Shown here one piece after another: positions 37,190 through 51,611 of a stretch of DNA of 64,000 nucleotides. Both the position numbers and the translations under genes were made by a program. The DNA comes from Octopus sinensis. Its lineage: Eukaryota. How positions within the stretch are numbered: position 1 is the first letter of the stretch; the number at the start of each line of letters is the position of its first letter. The notes under the pieces are model-generated. The model was not told the origin of the DNA. It saw only the letters and a program-made list of their open reading frames with translations, and did not search any database. The DNA lies in NCBI RefSeq assembly GCF_006345805.1, contig NC_043007.1, positions 2,976,001 through 3,040,000 of the forward strand, given 5' to 3'.

Positions 37190-37612
37190 TTATTTTATGT
37201 TTGATGTTTGCTTTCCATTGCACAAGTTAGCTCCAAGTCTCACCCAGAGACATCAAGAGACAACAAGTTGGAAGTTGATGTTGATGTTATGCTTAGGGTG
37301 CCATATATTTGGTTTCATACATAGTCTTGTTCTAGAGAATGTTTAAGAAACAAGAAAATTATGTTTGTTTTAAAACTTGAAAGTACATACAAAGTATTTT
37401 GCGTAGGATATGAACAGTTCCCATGAGCACTGTCTTTTGAATTTCTGCCATTTTGGGGTTTCCTGGTATCTGAGCTAGGTAGGAATCAGCCCCTTTTGCT
37501 ATCTTTCCTAGGGCACCTATGACAACAGGTATTGTTTTCGACTTCAGGTTCCACATTCTGCTAATTTCTATTTCAAGATCTTTATATTTGCTATTTTTGG
37601 TAGGTCTTGACA
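37190..37612 (-). mobile_element. R4/Dong-like LINE 3' fragment (same family as 14315-15620)
   Basis: SKYKDLEIEISRMWNLKSKTIPVVIGALG...LMGTVHILRKIL plus 3' UTR. The 5' end abuts minus-strand (TAA)n. Confidence 0.85.
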
Positions 37613-37616
37613 GAAA

Positions 37617-37621
37617 TTATT

Positions 37622-37664
<43 letters not shown>

Positions 37665-37669
37665 TATTA

Positions 37670-37709
<40 letters not shown>

Positions 37710-37718
37710 GTTATTATC

Positions 37719-37775
<57 letters not shown>

Positions 37776-37816
37776 TTATTGTTATTATCATCATTATCAT
37801 TATTTTATTATTATTA

Positions 37817-37856
<40 letters not shown>

Positions 37857-37890
37857 GTTATATCATCATATCATTATATTATCATTATTA

Positions 37891-37930
<40 letters not shown>

Positions 37931-37939
37931 GTTATTATC

Positions 37940-38005
<66 letters not shown>

Positions 38006-38074
38006 GTTATTATCATCATTATCATTATTATTATCATATTATTATTATTATTATTATTATCATCATCATCATCA

Positions 38075-38111
<37 letters not shown>

Positions 38112-38131
38112 TATCATCATCATCATCATTA

Positions 38132-38163
<32 letters not shown>

Positions 38164-38290
38164 CATCATCATCATTATTATTATTATTATTATTATATTA
38201 TTATTATCATCAGTAGTAGTAGTAAGTAGTAGTAGTAGTAGTAGTATCATCATCGTCATTATCATTATTATTATTATTATTATTACTTTT
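37617..38290. repeat. (TTA)n compound array with repeated TTG-TTA-TTA-TCA-TCA-TTA-TCA variant block
   Basis: Direct reading. Confidence 0.95.
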
Positions 38291-38294
38291 TTTT

Positions 38295-38878
38295 TCTTCT
38301 TTCAAATTATCTTCCATTTCTTGCCGAGTGTCTTCGACCCTAGGGCAAAGAAACTCATAGTGTATATTGGTAGGCCATTAAACCAAACTCAGTAGTTCGT
38401 TCATGTTTTTTTTTTTTTTTTTTTTAAAGTTAAATTAAAATGCATGAGCAGCAACAGTTCTCACATCGACATGCTCTTCTCAATACGTGTGATTTACCAG
38501 TTAAGACAATCGGTTGCACTTCTTAGTCCAGGATGGTAAGCCAGGGATCATTCTCATATAATTTTCGGTTCCTTCTTGATCATTCCTAGTGCTCCTACGA
38601 TCACTGGTATTGTAACCGCCTTGAGATGCCACATTTTCCATTCAATTTCAATGAGTAGGTCTTTATATTTTCTGAGCTTGTCAAACTCTTTCGCTGAGAT
38701 ATTATGATCACAGGGGATGCTCATGTCGATCAATAAGCAAACTTTATTGTTTTGGTCTTTCACAACAATATCTGGTTTATTGGCCTTGATGGTTCGGTCT
38801 GTATGTACTGGAAAGTCCCACAGAATGGTTACATTTTCTCCTTCAGTTACAGCCTCAGGGTGGTGATTATACCACTTA
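38295..38878 (-). mobile_element. R4/Dong-like LINE 3' fragment (same family as 36260-37180)
   Basis: WYHPEAVTEGENVTILWDFPVHTDRTIKANKPDIVVKDQNNKVCLLIDMSIPCD...KLRKYKDL. The 5' end abuts (TTA)n at 38878-39050. Confidence 0.85.
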
Positions 38879-38943
38879 TTATTATTATTATTATTATATT
38901 ATTATTATTATTATTATTATTATCATCATTATTATTATTATTA

Positions 38944-39003
<60 letters not shown>

Positions 39004-39613
39004 TTATTATTATTATTTTTATCATCATCATCATCATTATTAGCATAATCATTATCATCAACAACAACAGCAATAACAACAACAAATGCCTTGCATATAT
39101 CGTTAGAGCCACGGATATTATATATTATATAATTTTTTTTTTCGGGTCTTCACATTTTGAGATAAAATATCATAAATATCAACTGTACATTTCACCCCCT
39201 CTGGTGGTGATAAAATAAGGTACCGGTCAAGTTACCCCGAGCTGTAGTACTGACTAATCTTTTCCTCTGAATTCCAGGCTTTGTACCTCTATCATCATCA
39301 TCATCATCATCATCGAAGACGTCTCACGGTAACCAATAACGTGATGTATATCGTGATGACAGATTTGTGCTGTCTTTCAAATCACAAGGATCTCAGGCAG
39401 ACAGGATTGTAGAGTATTTCAAAAGTATCCAGAGGAATTTTTTTTCAGATTGGTTGGTAACCGAAATGTTATGAGATGTTGTGATGTTTATATGAGGCGA
39501 GTAGGTAATGCCTGTGATTGCTCATAGAGTTTCTAAATCTAGTACAAAGGAAGGATGAAGCATCTTGAAACCGAAAATCTGGTCTGAATGCTTACAACGC
39601 AGTGGTGATAAAT

Positions 39614-39915
39614 AGTGAAGGCACATGGCCTAGTGGTTAGGGCAGCGGATTCGCGGTCGAGGGATCGCGGGTCCGAATCTCAGACCGGGCGATGTGTGTG
39701 TTTATGAGCGAAACACCTAAACTCCACGCAGCTCCGGCAGAAAGTAATGGCGAAATTTCTACTGACTATTTCGCCACGACTTTCTCTCACTCTTTCCTCC
39801 TGCATCTTGCAGCTCACCTGCGACGGACCGGCGTCCCGTCCAGGTAGGGAATCTATATGCCAAGGAAACCGGGAAACCGGCCCTTATGAGCCAGGTGTGG
39901 CTCGAGAGAGATGGA
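39614..39915 (+). mobile_element. SINE with family B head and a third type of 3' half, 13-bp TSD
   Basis: Head GGCACATGGCCTAGTGGTTAGGGCAGCGG...; 3' part CCTGCGACGGACCGGCGTCCCGTCCAGG...GGAAACCGG...TGGCTCG (Meta-domain-like from memory). AGTGGTGATAAAT at 39601-39613 and 39916-39928. Confidence 0.85.
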
Positions 39916-41404
39916 AGTGGTGATAAATGTACCCTGTGTCCATGTGGTGGTTTTAAGTCTAGCACCCAACAATTTGAAAGAATATTGCGGTGAGTGGTGA
40001 TTGGGGAAATAAAAGAAATACAGGGACAGTTATAAACTGGAAAGCGAAAGTAGAAAGAATCGATTCCTCAAGGGAAGCAAATGGAAAAGAGTGAGGCTTA
40101 GATAAATAGGTTGGAATGATGAGACTGTGAATAAGTGAATTGAAGATAAAGTATTTTAAGATCAAAATCAATCATAATTAGTAAAAGACATTCAATTATA
40201 AATTATACAAAGAGAATATTCTTCAGTTTGAATGAGTGAATAATTTAGGCAGGAGTACGTGCTGGAGATTAGAAGACTGCCTGCTTGAACCACATCGGTG
40301 GAGAGTATGGGGAAATGATCAAGAAATTTTCTTGGCAAGCATGAGTACTAGCATCAGGCTAAAATATAAATATTTCATAACTTCAGGTCGACTCATATCT
40401 TGTGAATGAAACTGAAGAGGTGGAAACTGTACAGAAGATTTTGGATTATATCGTACCTATATATATAAAAGCTACATCTTTGTCTCTTGTCACGTACTGC
40501 GTCACGCTGATCCTGAATGCGATAAAGGATGCAGGTATTTGTAGAATGTTCAACAATTTCCACGTTGATTCAAGAGCAGATAATTCAGTTGACTTAACAA
40601 CTAAAATCGCTTCGTGCTACGGTGAAGACCCCCCCACCACCACCACTACCATCATTCCATTACGTAAAACAGATTGCTTTCACGCATACCCATGCACGTA
40701 TTCTTTTGCAAAGTCTCTTTCTGATTCCATAAGGAATGCTTCCTATTCTTCTTAAGCCAAGTAATTCCGTGCATCCTAACACTGCTTATTCTGCTTTCTG
40801 TGTTGATTCCGAAACATAAATAAGGCGCGCAACCTCGCTAAATCTAATATTGTATTCGGTCAGATTCTTATTAACTTAGGTAAATGGAACTTTCACAAAG
40901 TTTCTCCTTACAAAAATCTATGGTATCCATTCTGACACAAAAATGGGCCAGTGATATATTCTGTTTTCACAAACAGAATTTTTTTGAACCAAAAAAAAAA
41001 AAAAAAACAATGAACGATGCTCTTACAATTAGCTGTTTATTATGTTTAATTAATTTTATTATTAGTCAATTTATTTTGTTCTATACTTTTGGAAATGGAC
41101 TTCGAGAGCAAATCTTACGCGAGAGCAATGCTTTACATTTCACGCTTCTGTTACTGTTCTTATTATTACACCCGTGGCCGTGTGCACATGCATTCGCATT
41201 AAAGTGAACATGTCCTCTTGCCAACATTCATTCAGGCATACATATAAAGAGATACACAAGTAGGTAAGGAGCCACATGAATGCCTGTCTGTGTGTGTGTG
41301 TGTGTGTCTGTGTGTGTGTGTCTGTGTGTGTGTGTGTGTCTGTCTGTCTGTATGTCTGTTCGTACAGAAATATATATAGACAGATGGATAGATAGATATA
41401 GACG

Positions 41405-42198
41405 TTAGTTAATTAATTGTTGGCTCAAAAAGCAAAAAGCAAGGCCATGTAGGGGGACATGGAGTTATGTACAGGGTGGTGTTCATGTAAAGAGTTCAGG
41501 CCACTTGTGGTCATGGGAGACTTTGAACCGAGCGGTCGTCGGCATCTTCACCATCTCATCCGGCAGCTTATTCCACGGATCCGCAACCCGGACGGAGAAA
41601 GCCCCTCTCCTTCGATTGAGATGAAATCGTCGTAGATAGAGATTTTCGGAGTGACCCCGCAGCCGACGCTCTGGAGCAGGAGTGAAGAACAGCTCTTTCG
41701 AGAGGTTACACTTTCCGCTTATGATGTTGTGAGCAAGAGTGAGATCACCACGGCGTCGTCGTTTTTCTAGAGAATAATGGTCGAGCGTCTTCAGCCTTTC
41801 TCAATAAAACAAATTCTTGAGACCAAGAACCATGCGGGTAGCCAGCTTCTGGACTCTTTCGAGATGATGTATGTCTTTGAGGAGATAAGGAGAAGAGGCT
41901 TGAATCCCGTACTCCAATATGGGTCTCACCAGCGTGACATAGAGCGGTAGGAATATGGCTGCTGTGAGCATTCCGAATGACCGTCGAATCAAGAACAGAA
42001 CTCCGCGTGCTTTGTTGGCAGCATGGACGCACTGGGGCGAAGGCGAAAAGGAGGAATCCACCAAGATACCCAGATCGTTTACCTGGTCGGTCCTATCCAG
42101 CAGCAGACGACCCGGCTCGAAATCAGGTTGAGTTGCAGGAGGAGAGCCAACAGGCAGATGACAGCACTTTGACACGTTCAGACATAGGTCCCATTCGT
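41405..42198 (-). mobile_element. 5'-truncated CR1-group LINE (RT C-terminus and 3' UTR)
   Basis: One frame from ~42195 to the stop at 41483-85 with a single internal stop at 41801: ...DLGILVDSSFSP...LVRPILEYGIQASSPYLLKDIHHLERVQKLATRMV...Y*ERLKTL..YSLEKRRRRGDL...FSVRVADPWNKLP. Confidence 0.9.
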
Positions 42199-42859
42199 GT
42201 ATATGTATACTACGTATATGTATGTATATCTATATATTTAAAAATATATATGTTCGTTTATGTTCTGACGTATACACATACACGCAGGCACACACACACA
42301 CACACACACACACAAGTATATACACACACACAAGTATAACACACACACACACACAATCATATATACATGGACAATAGCGATTGTGAAGGCATGTGAAATT
42401 CAAAATATATTTTATTATTATGTAGATTGCCCTTCTCTTTCCTATGTAACGTTAGTATACCTCTCTGATTTTGTGAAATCAGTTATAGTACGGCGATTGT
42501 TTAGCGTGCATGACGTGTGAGTATTTCTATCACATGCCGTGGACAGAATATTCTATTGGTGCTTTGACAGTATTGTTACCTTGTGCAGAAGGCATACGCT
42601 ATGTAATATGACTATTCATTAGAATGCGTATAACATGGTTTTCTCTTTTGTTCTCTTTCGTAACCAGTGAAGTAATTGTTATTGTTATCATTTTCTTTCT
42701 CATTCTTCACATCTTGATTATTTGAACTTGAGGCTTGCGCTTTGATATCTTTAAATTTCCTTCCGTTAGATTTTTGTTGGAATAAAAGATCAGGGTACCT
42801 ATTCGTTTGCATAACTCTCCCTATTTCTCTTTGGCAATTATACATGCATATATATATAT

Positions 42860-42951
<92 letters not shown>

Positions 42952-43172
42952 TAGATATTGATATAGATGTATATATATACATGTGTATATACACATAAAT
43001 ATAAATATAAATAAATATATATATGCTTATATGCATAATTACAAACATATATCTATATACACACACACACACATACATGCATATTTTATATATATATATG
43101 TTTATAATATATATATAATATATATGTATATATGTGTGTGTGCGTATATATTTGTCTATACACACACACACA

Positions 43173-43229
<57 letters not shown>

Positions 43230-43237
43230 ATATATAT

Positions 43238-43281
<44 letters not shown>

Positions 43282-44084
43282 GTGTGCTCGTATGCTTTGA
43301 TCCGGCTCTGAATACGTTCGAATGTATCGTGTTGCCAGCCTCTGATTAGCCAACGTATTTTGGTGCATGTTCCTACTTTTTATTTTCCGTTTTAACATTA
43401 CATATGGATATTACGAAATTGATATGACTACAAGCCTTGTTGTATCTGTTTGAATAATCAGTGTTGTGTGGACTGGATAACCGTAAAATTTTCTATGTAA
43501 TATTGCATATTACTATTTTTTTCCTTCATCTTCTTTTGTGAATAAAGATTGATCTTCTGTATCTGAATGTAAACGTTCCGTTTCTAACATCAGTGCAGTC
43601 GAATCAATGCGAGAAAGAGAGAGAGACAGACAGACAGAGAGCTTGCCTTTACATGGTCACATAATCTGTTAAAAATATCAGCCACGTCTCCCTTCAATGC
43701 ATCTCCAAATAAAAAAAAAGCACATTAAATGGCGTTGTTCGAGGTAAACTATGCATAGAAGAAAGATGAAATGGTTGCGGCTTATGCGAGTTTAACATGG
43801 GCTTGCTCGATCATTGTTGACTTAGGCCCGAGTGAGAATAATAAGAAACATCAGCCACAATGACCATCATTCATCGCTTTATCTTTCATTATCTTATATC
43901 GTCTATTCATTTATGCGCAGTTTCAATTCATACTTTCGGAGCAGTTTTCCTTTTGACTTTACTTCCAAATTTACCATTATTTCTCTAAATATTAATTTTC
44001 TGTCACTTTTGCCTCATGGAAATATTTTCTCCGGGTATTTTGTTTCTAATTCATACCTTAATTTTATTCTTACTCAGTAGGCTT

Positions 44085-45290
44085 ATTTCTATTACGTGCT
44101 TTCGCTGCACTACCGAGCGCAGCTCTGTGTGCCTTGGGTATGTGCTGTGGTTTGTTGTGATGCTCTTATGGTTACTGTATTGAAAGCGTTTTACGTAGGA
44201 TGTGTGAAATTCCCAGTAGTGCAATTTGCTGTATATTATATGTGTTTGTAAGTCTTGGTGTTTTGTCTGAATATTTTTATATCATATCTAATGCGCCTTC
44301 TATGATAGGCATTGTTTCTGTTTTTAGATTCCACATTCGAGTTACCTCTATTTTCAGTTATTTGTATTTTGAAAGTTTCTCTATTTCTTTTAGATTAACG
44401 TTGTCATCTGTTGGTATTGATACATCGATTAGAAAGCATTTTTTTCCTCATGATCTCTGATAATAATATCCGGCCTATTGGTCTGAATTTCTCTGTGTGT
44501 ATTGGCATATCTCATATTATGGTTGCTTTCTCGTTTTCTATGACCTTCTCTGGCGTGTTCCTATACCATCTGTTTTCTATTGTTATTCCATAGTTTTGGC
44601 ACAGCTTCCAGTTTATATAAGTCCCACCTCTGTCGTGCCTGTGAATATATTCCTTCTTAGCCAGGACTGGGTTGCCAGAGATAATATGGTTTATTGTTTC
44701 TTGTTCATATTCTGCATTTACTTGTGTTTCTTTTCATTACATGTTTTTGGCAATTTCTGGTGGGCAGGCTTTTGTCTTGTGCTGCAATTAAAAATCCCTC
44801 TGTCTCTGCTTTGAGTCCTGAGCTTATAGGATTTTATATTGTTGGGATTTTACTTTGTCTATTTTTTTTCTGTTTAGTTTAATCCAGTATTTGCCATGAA
44901 GGGGCTTTTCTTGTCATCATTTATCATTATCCATTGCTGCACCGATTTTAGTTTGAATTTCACCTATTTTACAACTTTTGTTCCTTCTTTTTCTTCATAA
45001 TCGTTAGGTAGTGTTACTTCTTTTTTCTATTTGTCAGCTTCCAAAAAGACTGAAAACAGCTTTTTGTTTTGTTCGTGCTTTGTGGCTATTTGTATTAGTT
45101 TTCCTTTCTTCTGAAGTTGGTATTTCAGTAGTCTTATGATGGATGTTTTGCAATAGTTCTCTAGCTGTATAAAGGCCTCTACCACCTTCGATACGTTGTA
45201 TATATAATTTTTCTATGTCAGATTTTGGGTGATGCATGCTAAATCCTGTCATTATTTTCTTGTTTCCTGTCTATTTCCATTAGTTCATGT
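44085..45290 (-). mobile_element. 5'-truncated R4/Dong-clade LINE relic (second family)
   Basis: MHHPKSDIEKLYIQRIEGGRGL; GLKAETEGFLIAAQD; RPDIIIRDHEEKKCFLIDVSIPTDDN...KLSKYKDL; SHILRKTLSIQ*. The 5' end abuts the TAA/TTA array at 45300-45628. Confidence 0.88.
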
Positions 45291-45540
45291 AGAGTCCAGT
45301 TATAATAATAAAATAATAATAATAATAATAATAATAACAATAATAATTCTTATTATCATCGTCATCATCATTATTATTATTATTATTATTAATATTATTA
45401 TTATTATTATCATTATTATTATTATTGTTATTATTATTATCATTATCATCATCATCATCATCATCATCATTATTATTATTATTATTATTATTGTAGTAGT
45501 TGTTGCTGTTGTTGCTGTTGTTGTTGTTGTTATTATTATT

Positions 45541-45614
<74 letters not shown>

Positions 45615-45977
45615 TATTATTACTATTACGAAACATATAGTGCAAAGTATACTCAGAATAATGAGACAAATATATTAAAATCTGAACTAAATTTCAGAAA
45701 TAGGAAATAGATATAATTATACAAGGCATCCTATTCATGAACTACGGCTTCAATATTGAGAAGAAGTAAATTGACGGGCTTGCATCGATAAACTAAGAAA
45801 CTACAGATAGCATTCTGAAGCCATTAGCCTCAGAATGTTAGAGATGAAATTGAACCTTCACTCGATGACAATTGAATAGTTACAGAAATAGAAATGGTAG
45901 AGTTAGAAAATTCATTACAAGACAGCAAAGCGGAAATAGTTTAATAATGGAAGATGAACAAAAGTATTTGAGAGTGT

Positions 45978-46061
<84 letters not shown>

Positions 46062-46823
46062 ACGTTTGTGTAAACAGTAAAGTTGAAACAAGAAGATGAT
46101 TACAAGTATACGAAAGCTGCGAAGAAAGTGAAAACAGCATCATAAAAGATGATAAAACTTGATAACACAAGTCAAAATAAATGTAAAATACGACAAAACC
46201 AAAAGAAATTCCAGCTAAATAGAAAATTAGGAGCATGACCTAATAATGATCAATATCTTGCAAAATACCACTAGGTATTGTAAAATTAAAACTCGGGAAT
46301 ATGTATTTATTATTATGATCGCGTTTCAACCTACGCCGCAGCAACAGAGTCTACACGCCACATTTTTCGATCCGTCATCGCTGCCTCGAAGTCCTGGATA
46401 TATTCCACGCCAGGTGTCTGTAACCAAACTGCCGATGTCGATGTGAGTGTGACTTGAGGACTTGTGTATTCTGATTTAAAGGTAATCTGACATCAATGAT
46501 TAACTGATGCTTTCTTTCGTGTTTATGTTACAGATGGCGGTGCCCGAGCATGGCCACAGCTCGTGAGCTGAAACTAGATGAAATGAAAAATGTAATGAAT
46601 ATGTACAGAAATTACTAATAGTTTGTCAGGTCAATTTCTAAAACAATCTGTTTTGATGTGCAAATCGTGGAGACGGCCGAGTTCAGAGTTTAGAACGACG
46701 TACATTAACACAGTTGTTTGTATTTTGAACTGTAACGCTGTGTCAGAGTTTAAATGACGCAGAGAAACAATATATATAGAATACTACTTGTAAATATGAC
46801 ACTGAATAACGCACAAGTAGGTT

Positions 46824-47012
46824 TAAAAAATTCTTCTGACAATCTAATCTCAATATTCATGTCATTGACAAAATAAAAAAAAACAGATATATGTACGATA
46901 TAGATCATCTGCAATTTTTTAAAAATTCTTCTGAGAATCTAATCTCAATATTCGTGTCATTGAGAAAAAAAGAAAATCAGATAAATGTACGATAATAGAT
47001 CATTTGTAATGT
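46824..47012. repeat. Two-copy ~95-bp tandem duplication
   Basis: AAAAATTCTTCTGA(C/G)AATCTAATCTCAATATTC(A/G)TGTCATTGA...GTACGATA(-/A)TAGATCAT occurs twice. Confidence 0.85.
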
Positions 47013-47445
47013 TAACCATTTTCACCGGTATACTTGTGACATAGATTGCAAGACGTTTGCCCCAGACTCGAAACCTGGTGTAAAGGGAAATTAAATATCG
47101 TAAGCTCAGTCGGCATAGCATCAGACATTTATAGGTTGACTTTAGAAGTAATCTGAGGGTCGTGAGCTCAAGAACCTCTGCGGCGGTGCTATAGCATGGC
47201 CGCAGTCAAATGGCTAAAACAAGTATAAAAGAAAACGAAATACTATACCGAGTAGAACAGGCGAATGGATCAGCTACAAACTTTGAAATATAAATATACA
47301 GCAAAGACAAAGCAGAGCATTAAAGGTAAGAGATTAACCAGGAGCATTTCAGCACACTCTTGTATACATGCATACATACATACGTACACCCACACAAGGA
47401 TATATGTATGTATATATATATGCATAAGTACATATATATATGTAC

Positions 47446-47479
<34 letters not shown>

Positions 47480-47667
47480 GCACAGAGAGAGAGAGAGAGA
47501 TATGGGAATACATTTATATCTGTGTACGTGTATTTATGCGTATATGTACGGGTACATACCTCCCTAATTAATTAATCAAACTACGATTTCGCAAGATGTG
47601 GTTGAAGGCCAGAGCTTTATATATATATAGGGAGAATTCACAAAAAAACAAAAGACGAAGACAGGTG

Positions 47668-47668
47668 C

Positions 47669-47735
<67 letters not shown>

Positions 47736-47764
47736 GTCTATCTATCTATCTCTCTGTCTGTCTG

Positions 47765-47803
<39 letters not shown>

Positions 47804-47852
47804 AATATATATATCTGTCTGTCTATCTGTCTGTCTGTCTCTCTCTCTCTAT

Positions 47853-47904
<52 letters not shown>

Positions 47905-47905
47905 A

Positions 47906-47994
<89 letters not shown>

Positions 47995-48040
47995 GTCTGT
48001 CTCTCTCTGTCTCTCTCTCTCTCTCTATCTATCTATCTAG

Positions 48041-48078
<38 letters not shown>

Positions 48079-48107
48079 TATATCTATAATATATATATAT
48101 ATATCTG

Positions 48108-48142
<35 letters not shown>

Positions 48143-48150
48143 CTATCTAT
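47668..48150. repeat. (TATC)/(TGTC)/(TC)n compound array
   Basis: Direct reading. Confidence 0.95.
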
Positions 48151-48481
48151 CAATGCATCTATGCATCTATGCAGATATTTATATGTATGTTTAAACGAAA
48201 GCTACCTAACATATGTATATATTTTCTTTGCAACACATGTAACTCGTTTACAAACTTTCAAATATTTTTCACAATATCATTCTTGCCCAAAAGAGACTCG
48301 GATTGTAATCGGCTGCAATAAATACAAGGCAGGTATAAACACACAGACACAAGTAAATGCACACATTCATTGATACACACATACGTACTTATATTATATA
48401 TATATATATATATATATCTTTCTATCTATCTATCTCCCTATCTTTCTATCTTTCTATCAATCCATCTATCTGTATATATAT

Positions 48482-48527
<46 letters not shown>

Positions 48528-48976
48528 AATATACATATACATACATACATACATAATACATACATACATACATAACATACATACATACATACTTACATAT
48601 ATATATGTGTGTGTGCGCGCGTGTCTGTGTATGTATGTTTTCATGATTTGCCTAATAGTGGTTTTTATCTCTAATTTAATATATATAATATATATATATA
48701 TACATTTAACATACATACATATTTGTGTATGCACATTTGCATTAAGGTATGCACGTGAGAAACGTATTTTTTTTAAAATATTAAATTGTGAAGCTGTAAA
48801 TGTAAATTAAGACCGGTTTGCTTCACTGCTCACCTCGTGTATTAGAGATAATATCTCGGATTTAGTCAAAATGGCGCTTCTGTTTCCCATTAAGATTAAG
48901 AAAATGAAATGCAATGGAAAAATATTGTTAACTAAGCTACATGAGTACATACATACACAGACACGCGAACACACAC

Positions 48977-49021
<45 letters not shown>

Positions 49022-49086
49022 TATATATATATATATATATATGTATGTATATATACAGATAGATTGATAGAAAGATAGAAAGATAA

Positions 49087-49138
<52 letters not shown>

Positions 49139-49144
49139 GTAGAC

Positions 49145-49180
<36 letters not shown>

Positions 49181-49200
49181 GATAGAAAGATAGAAAGATA

Positions 49201-51053
49201 TGTTTCTTTATTAGACACACAGGGGCCACACAGATAGAACAAATTACAAGGTAGAGCTTTTCTTTTGAAGGTTTAAAAAAAAAAAAAAAAAAGGAAGGGG
49301 GAGTTTCGATCAAAAGGGATCGTAAAAGGAGAGAAAGAGGACAAAAAAAGGGGGGGTTAAAAAAAAGGGGGGGGAGAGGAAAAAAAAATTGATCAATAGG
49401 GATCGTTATCACAGAAATGTCAATATGAAGTGTAAAGGAGGGGAGGACAGGTGAGGTTACCCGTGGAAAGAAAAGCCTACGGAAAAGACCACGGTAACCT
49501 CGGCAATGAAGTCACATTTTATATTTCTTTTTTTTTTTTTTTTTTTTTTTTGCAAATAAGCAACCCTCTGTTTTCGATTTCTGGGTCATAGGACTATGCT
49601 CAAGGTGGCTTCGTCATTCATACGTGCCATTCTTGCTACATTCACCCATCTTTTTTTAAAACATTCGCTAGACAAAACTTGCCTCTCTACTCTCACTTTC
49701 CTTTTCAAGTGGTACTTGAAGAAGTTGATGAGAGATTGACCAGAGAGGAAAGTGTTTGTCTCCAATCCTTTCAGACGCGTCCACCAGATACATTCTTTCG
49801 CCATAGCCACAAGGATGATGAAAATAGCTCTTCCTTCCCGTTTGAAGGAAGGAGCGTGACAATATTGACGATAGACTCAGCTGATAAACCGACTCGTCCC
49901 ACACGTGACAGCAGTTGTTCGACATAAGCCCACAGGTCGGAAATTGTTGGACACTGAACGAGTGCGTGCAGAACGGTTTCGTCGCTCTGCCCGCATCTCG
50001 GGCAGGTCGGCCCCGTGTGTCTCGAGCCGTGTCTGTAGAGCTTATCCCGAACGGGTAGCGCTTCTCGGTAGCACTGCCAGGCCAGGGATCTCTGGAAGTT
50101 GTCCATGGGCCCTGGCCCGAAAGTCGTCCCGAACAGGCGGGTCAGGTACTCCTCGTCGACGTCCAGGTTCGCCCCGAGCTCGTCGTCGTACCTCCCCTCC
50201 ACTAAACCCCTATAGAATGCTTTGGTTGTGTTGAAGTCACTTAAGGTCGACCCAGGACGGCAGAGTTGCTTGAGAGCAACGCGACACTCGCGGTGCCATT
50301 CGCCCTTCCTCGGCCTCTTTTTGATCCACGACTGCAGTTCGGTCATGGAGACGAGCTGCGGGAAGCGTACCTCACAAACGGCGACCACACCTGTTCACCG
50401 TCGTCTACATAGAGCCAGAGATGTCGCAGTCTCAGCGCGTGTCTGCGCATCATCAACCACGGCATGCCCAGCCCTCCTTTTAAGGTGTTGACAGCAAATG
50501 GATCGCCTGACCATCGGGACGCATCCTTTCCACAAGAAGCGAAAGAGGATGCGTTGTAGTTTGGTGATGGTAGGGTCGGGACAAGGTACGACGGTCAGGC
50601 GGGTAGTAGATGACGGACGCGATGTACGTGTTCGCCACCTCCGCTCGACCTTTTAGGGACAGTTTCCTCTCGGCCCATTGCCGGGCGAGAGTGACCACCC
50701 TACTCGTTATCTCGTTCCAGTTCTTCTCCACTTGGAGGTCCGGACCAAACCAGACCCCGAGCAACTCAACCGGGCCGTTGGTCCAGCGTCCCACGACGGA
50801 GGCGCTGGTGGACGGCATGGGCTTGCTTCTCCAGGTGCCTAGTCGCAAGCCCACTGACTTTTCCCGGTTGATTTTCGCTCCTGTCACCGCTTCGTAGTTT
50901 TTCAGTGTCTCGCCGACCAGCTCGATGTGCTCGTGGCTAGACACTATGACGGTGACGTCGTCCGCGTATGCAGACACGCTCGTCCCGCATCCCAATTCTC
51001 GCGGGATGCCCCTTAGAGTCGCCAGCTTCCGCAGTAGTGGCTCAAGAGTCAAT
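49201..51053 (-). mobile_element. 5'-truncated L1-group Tx1-clade LINE inserted in a (GATA)n array
   Basis: LTLEPLLRKL...SAYADDVTV...GAKINREKS (RT YADD); LSLKGRAEVANTYIAS; CPRCGQSDETVLHALVQC (CCHC). About 3 frameshifts; the 3' UTR ends AATAAAGAAACA. AAGATAGAAAGATA lies at 49187-49200 and 51054-51067. Confidence 0.9.
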
Positions 51054-51058
51054 AAGAT

Positions 51059-51141
<83 letters not shown>

Positions 51142-51182
51142 CAGATAGATAGATAGATAGATAGATAGATTGATAGAAAGAT

Positions 51183-51245
<63 letters not shown>

Positions 51246-51298
51246 AGATAGAAGATAGATAGATAGATGATGATAGATAGATAGATTGATAGAAAGAT

Positions 51299-51349
<51 letters not shown>

Positions 51350-51394
51350 CAGACAGATAGATAGATAGATAGATAGATAGATTGATAGAAAGAT

Positions 51395-51438
<44 letters not shown>

Positions 51439-51450
51439 TGATAGAAAGAT

Positions 51451-51500
<50 letters not shown>

Positions 51501-51579
51501 TAGATGATTAAAAAGATAGATGATAGATAGATAGTAGATAGATAGTAGATAGATAGGATAGATAGATAGATAGATAGAT

Positions 51580-51610
<31 letters not shown>
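51054..51610. repeat. (GATA)n array with recurrent TTGATAGAAAGATAGAAAGATAG variant
   Basis: Direct reading; a matching tract lies at 49058-49200. Confidence 0.95.

Positions 51611-51611
<1 letters not shown>

Noticed and set aside
39614-39695. tRNA gene calls for the SINE heads (also 560-630, 4850-4927, 34457-34531)
   Set aside because: A/B boxes are present, but acceptor and T stems are imperfect and each continues into a repeat body, often with TSDs.
40240-40600. Possible RTE-like RT remnant
   Set aside because: Fragments resemble the LEDxxFADD/GLKIN/VxxFxYLG spacing but are too degenerate to support a call.
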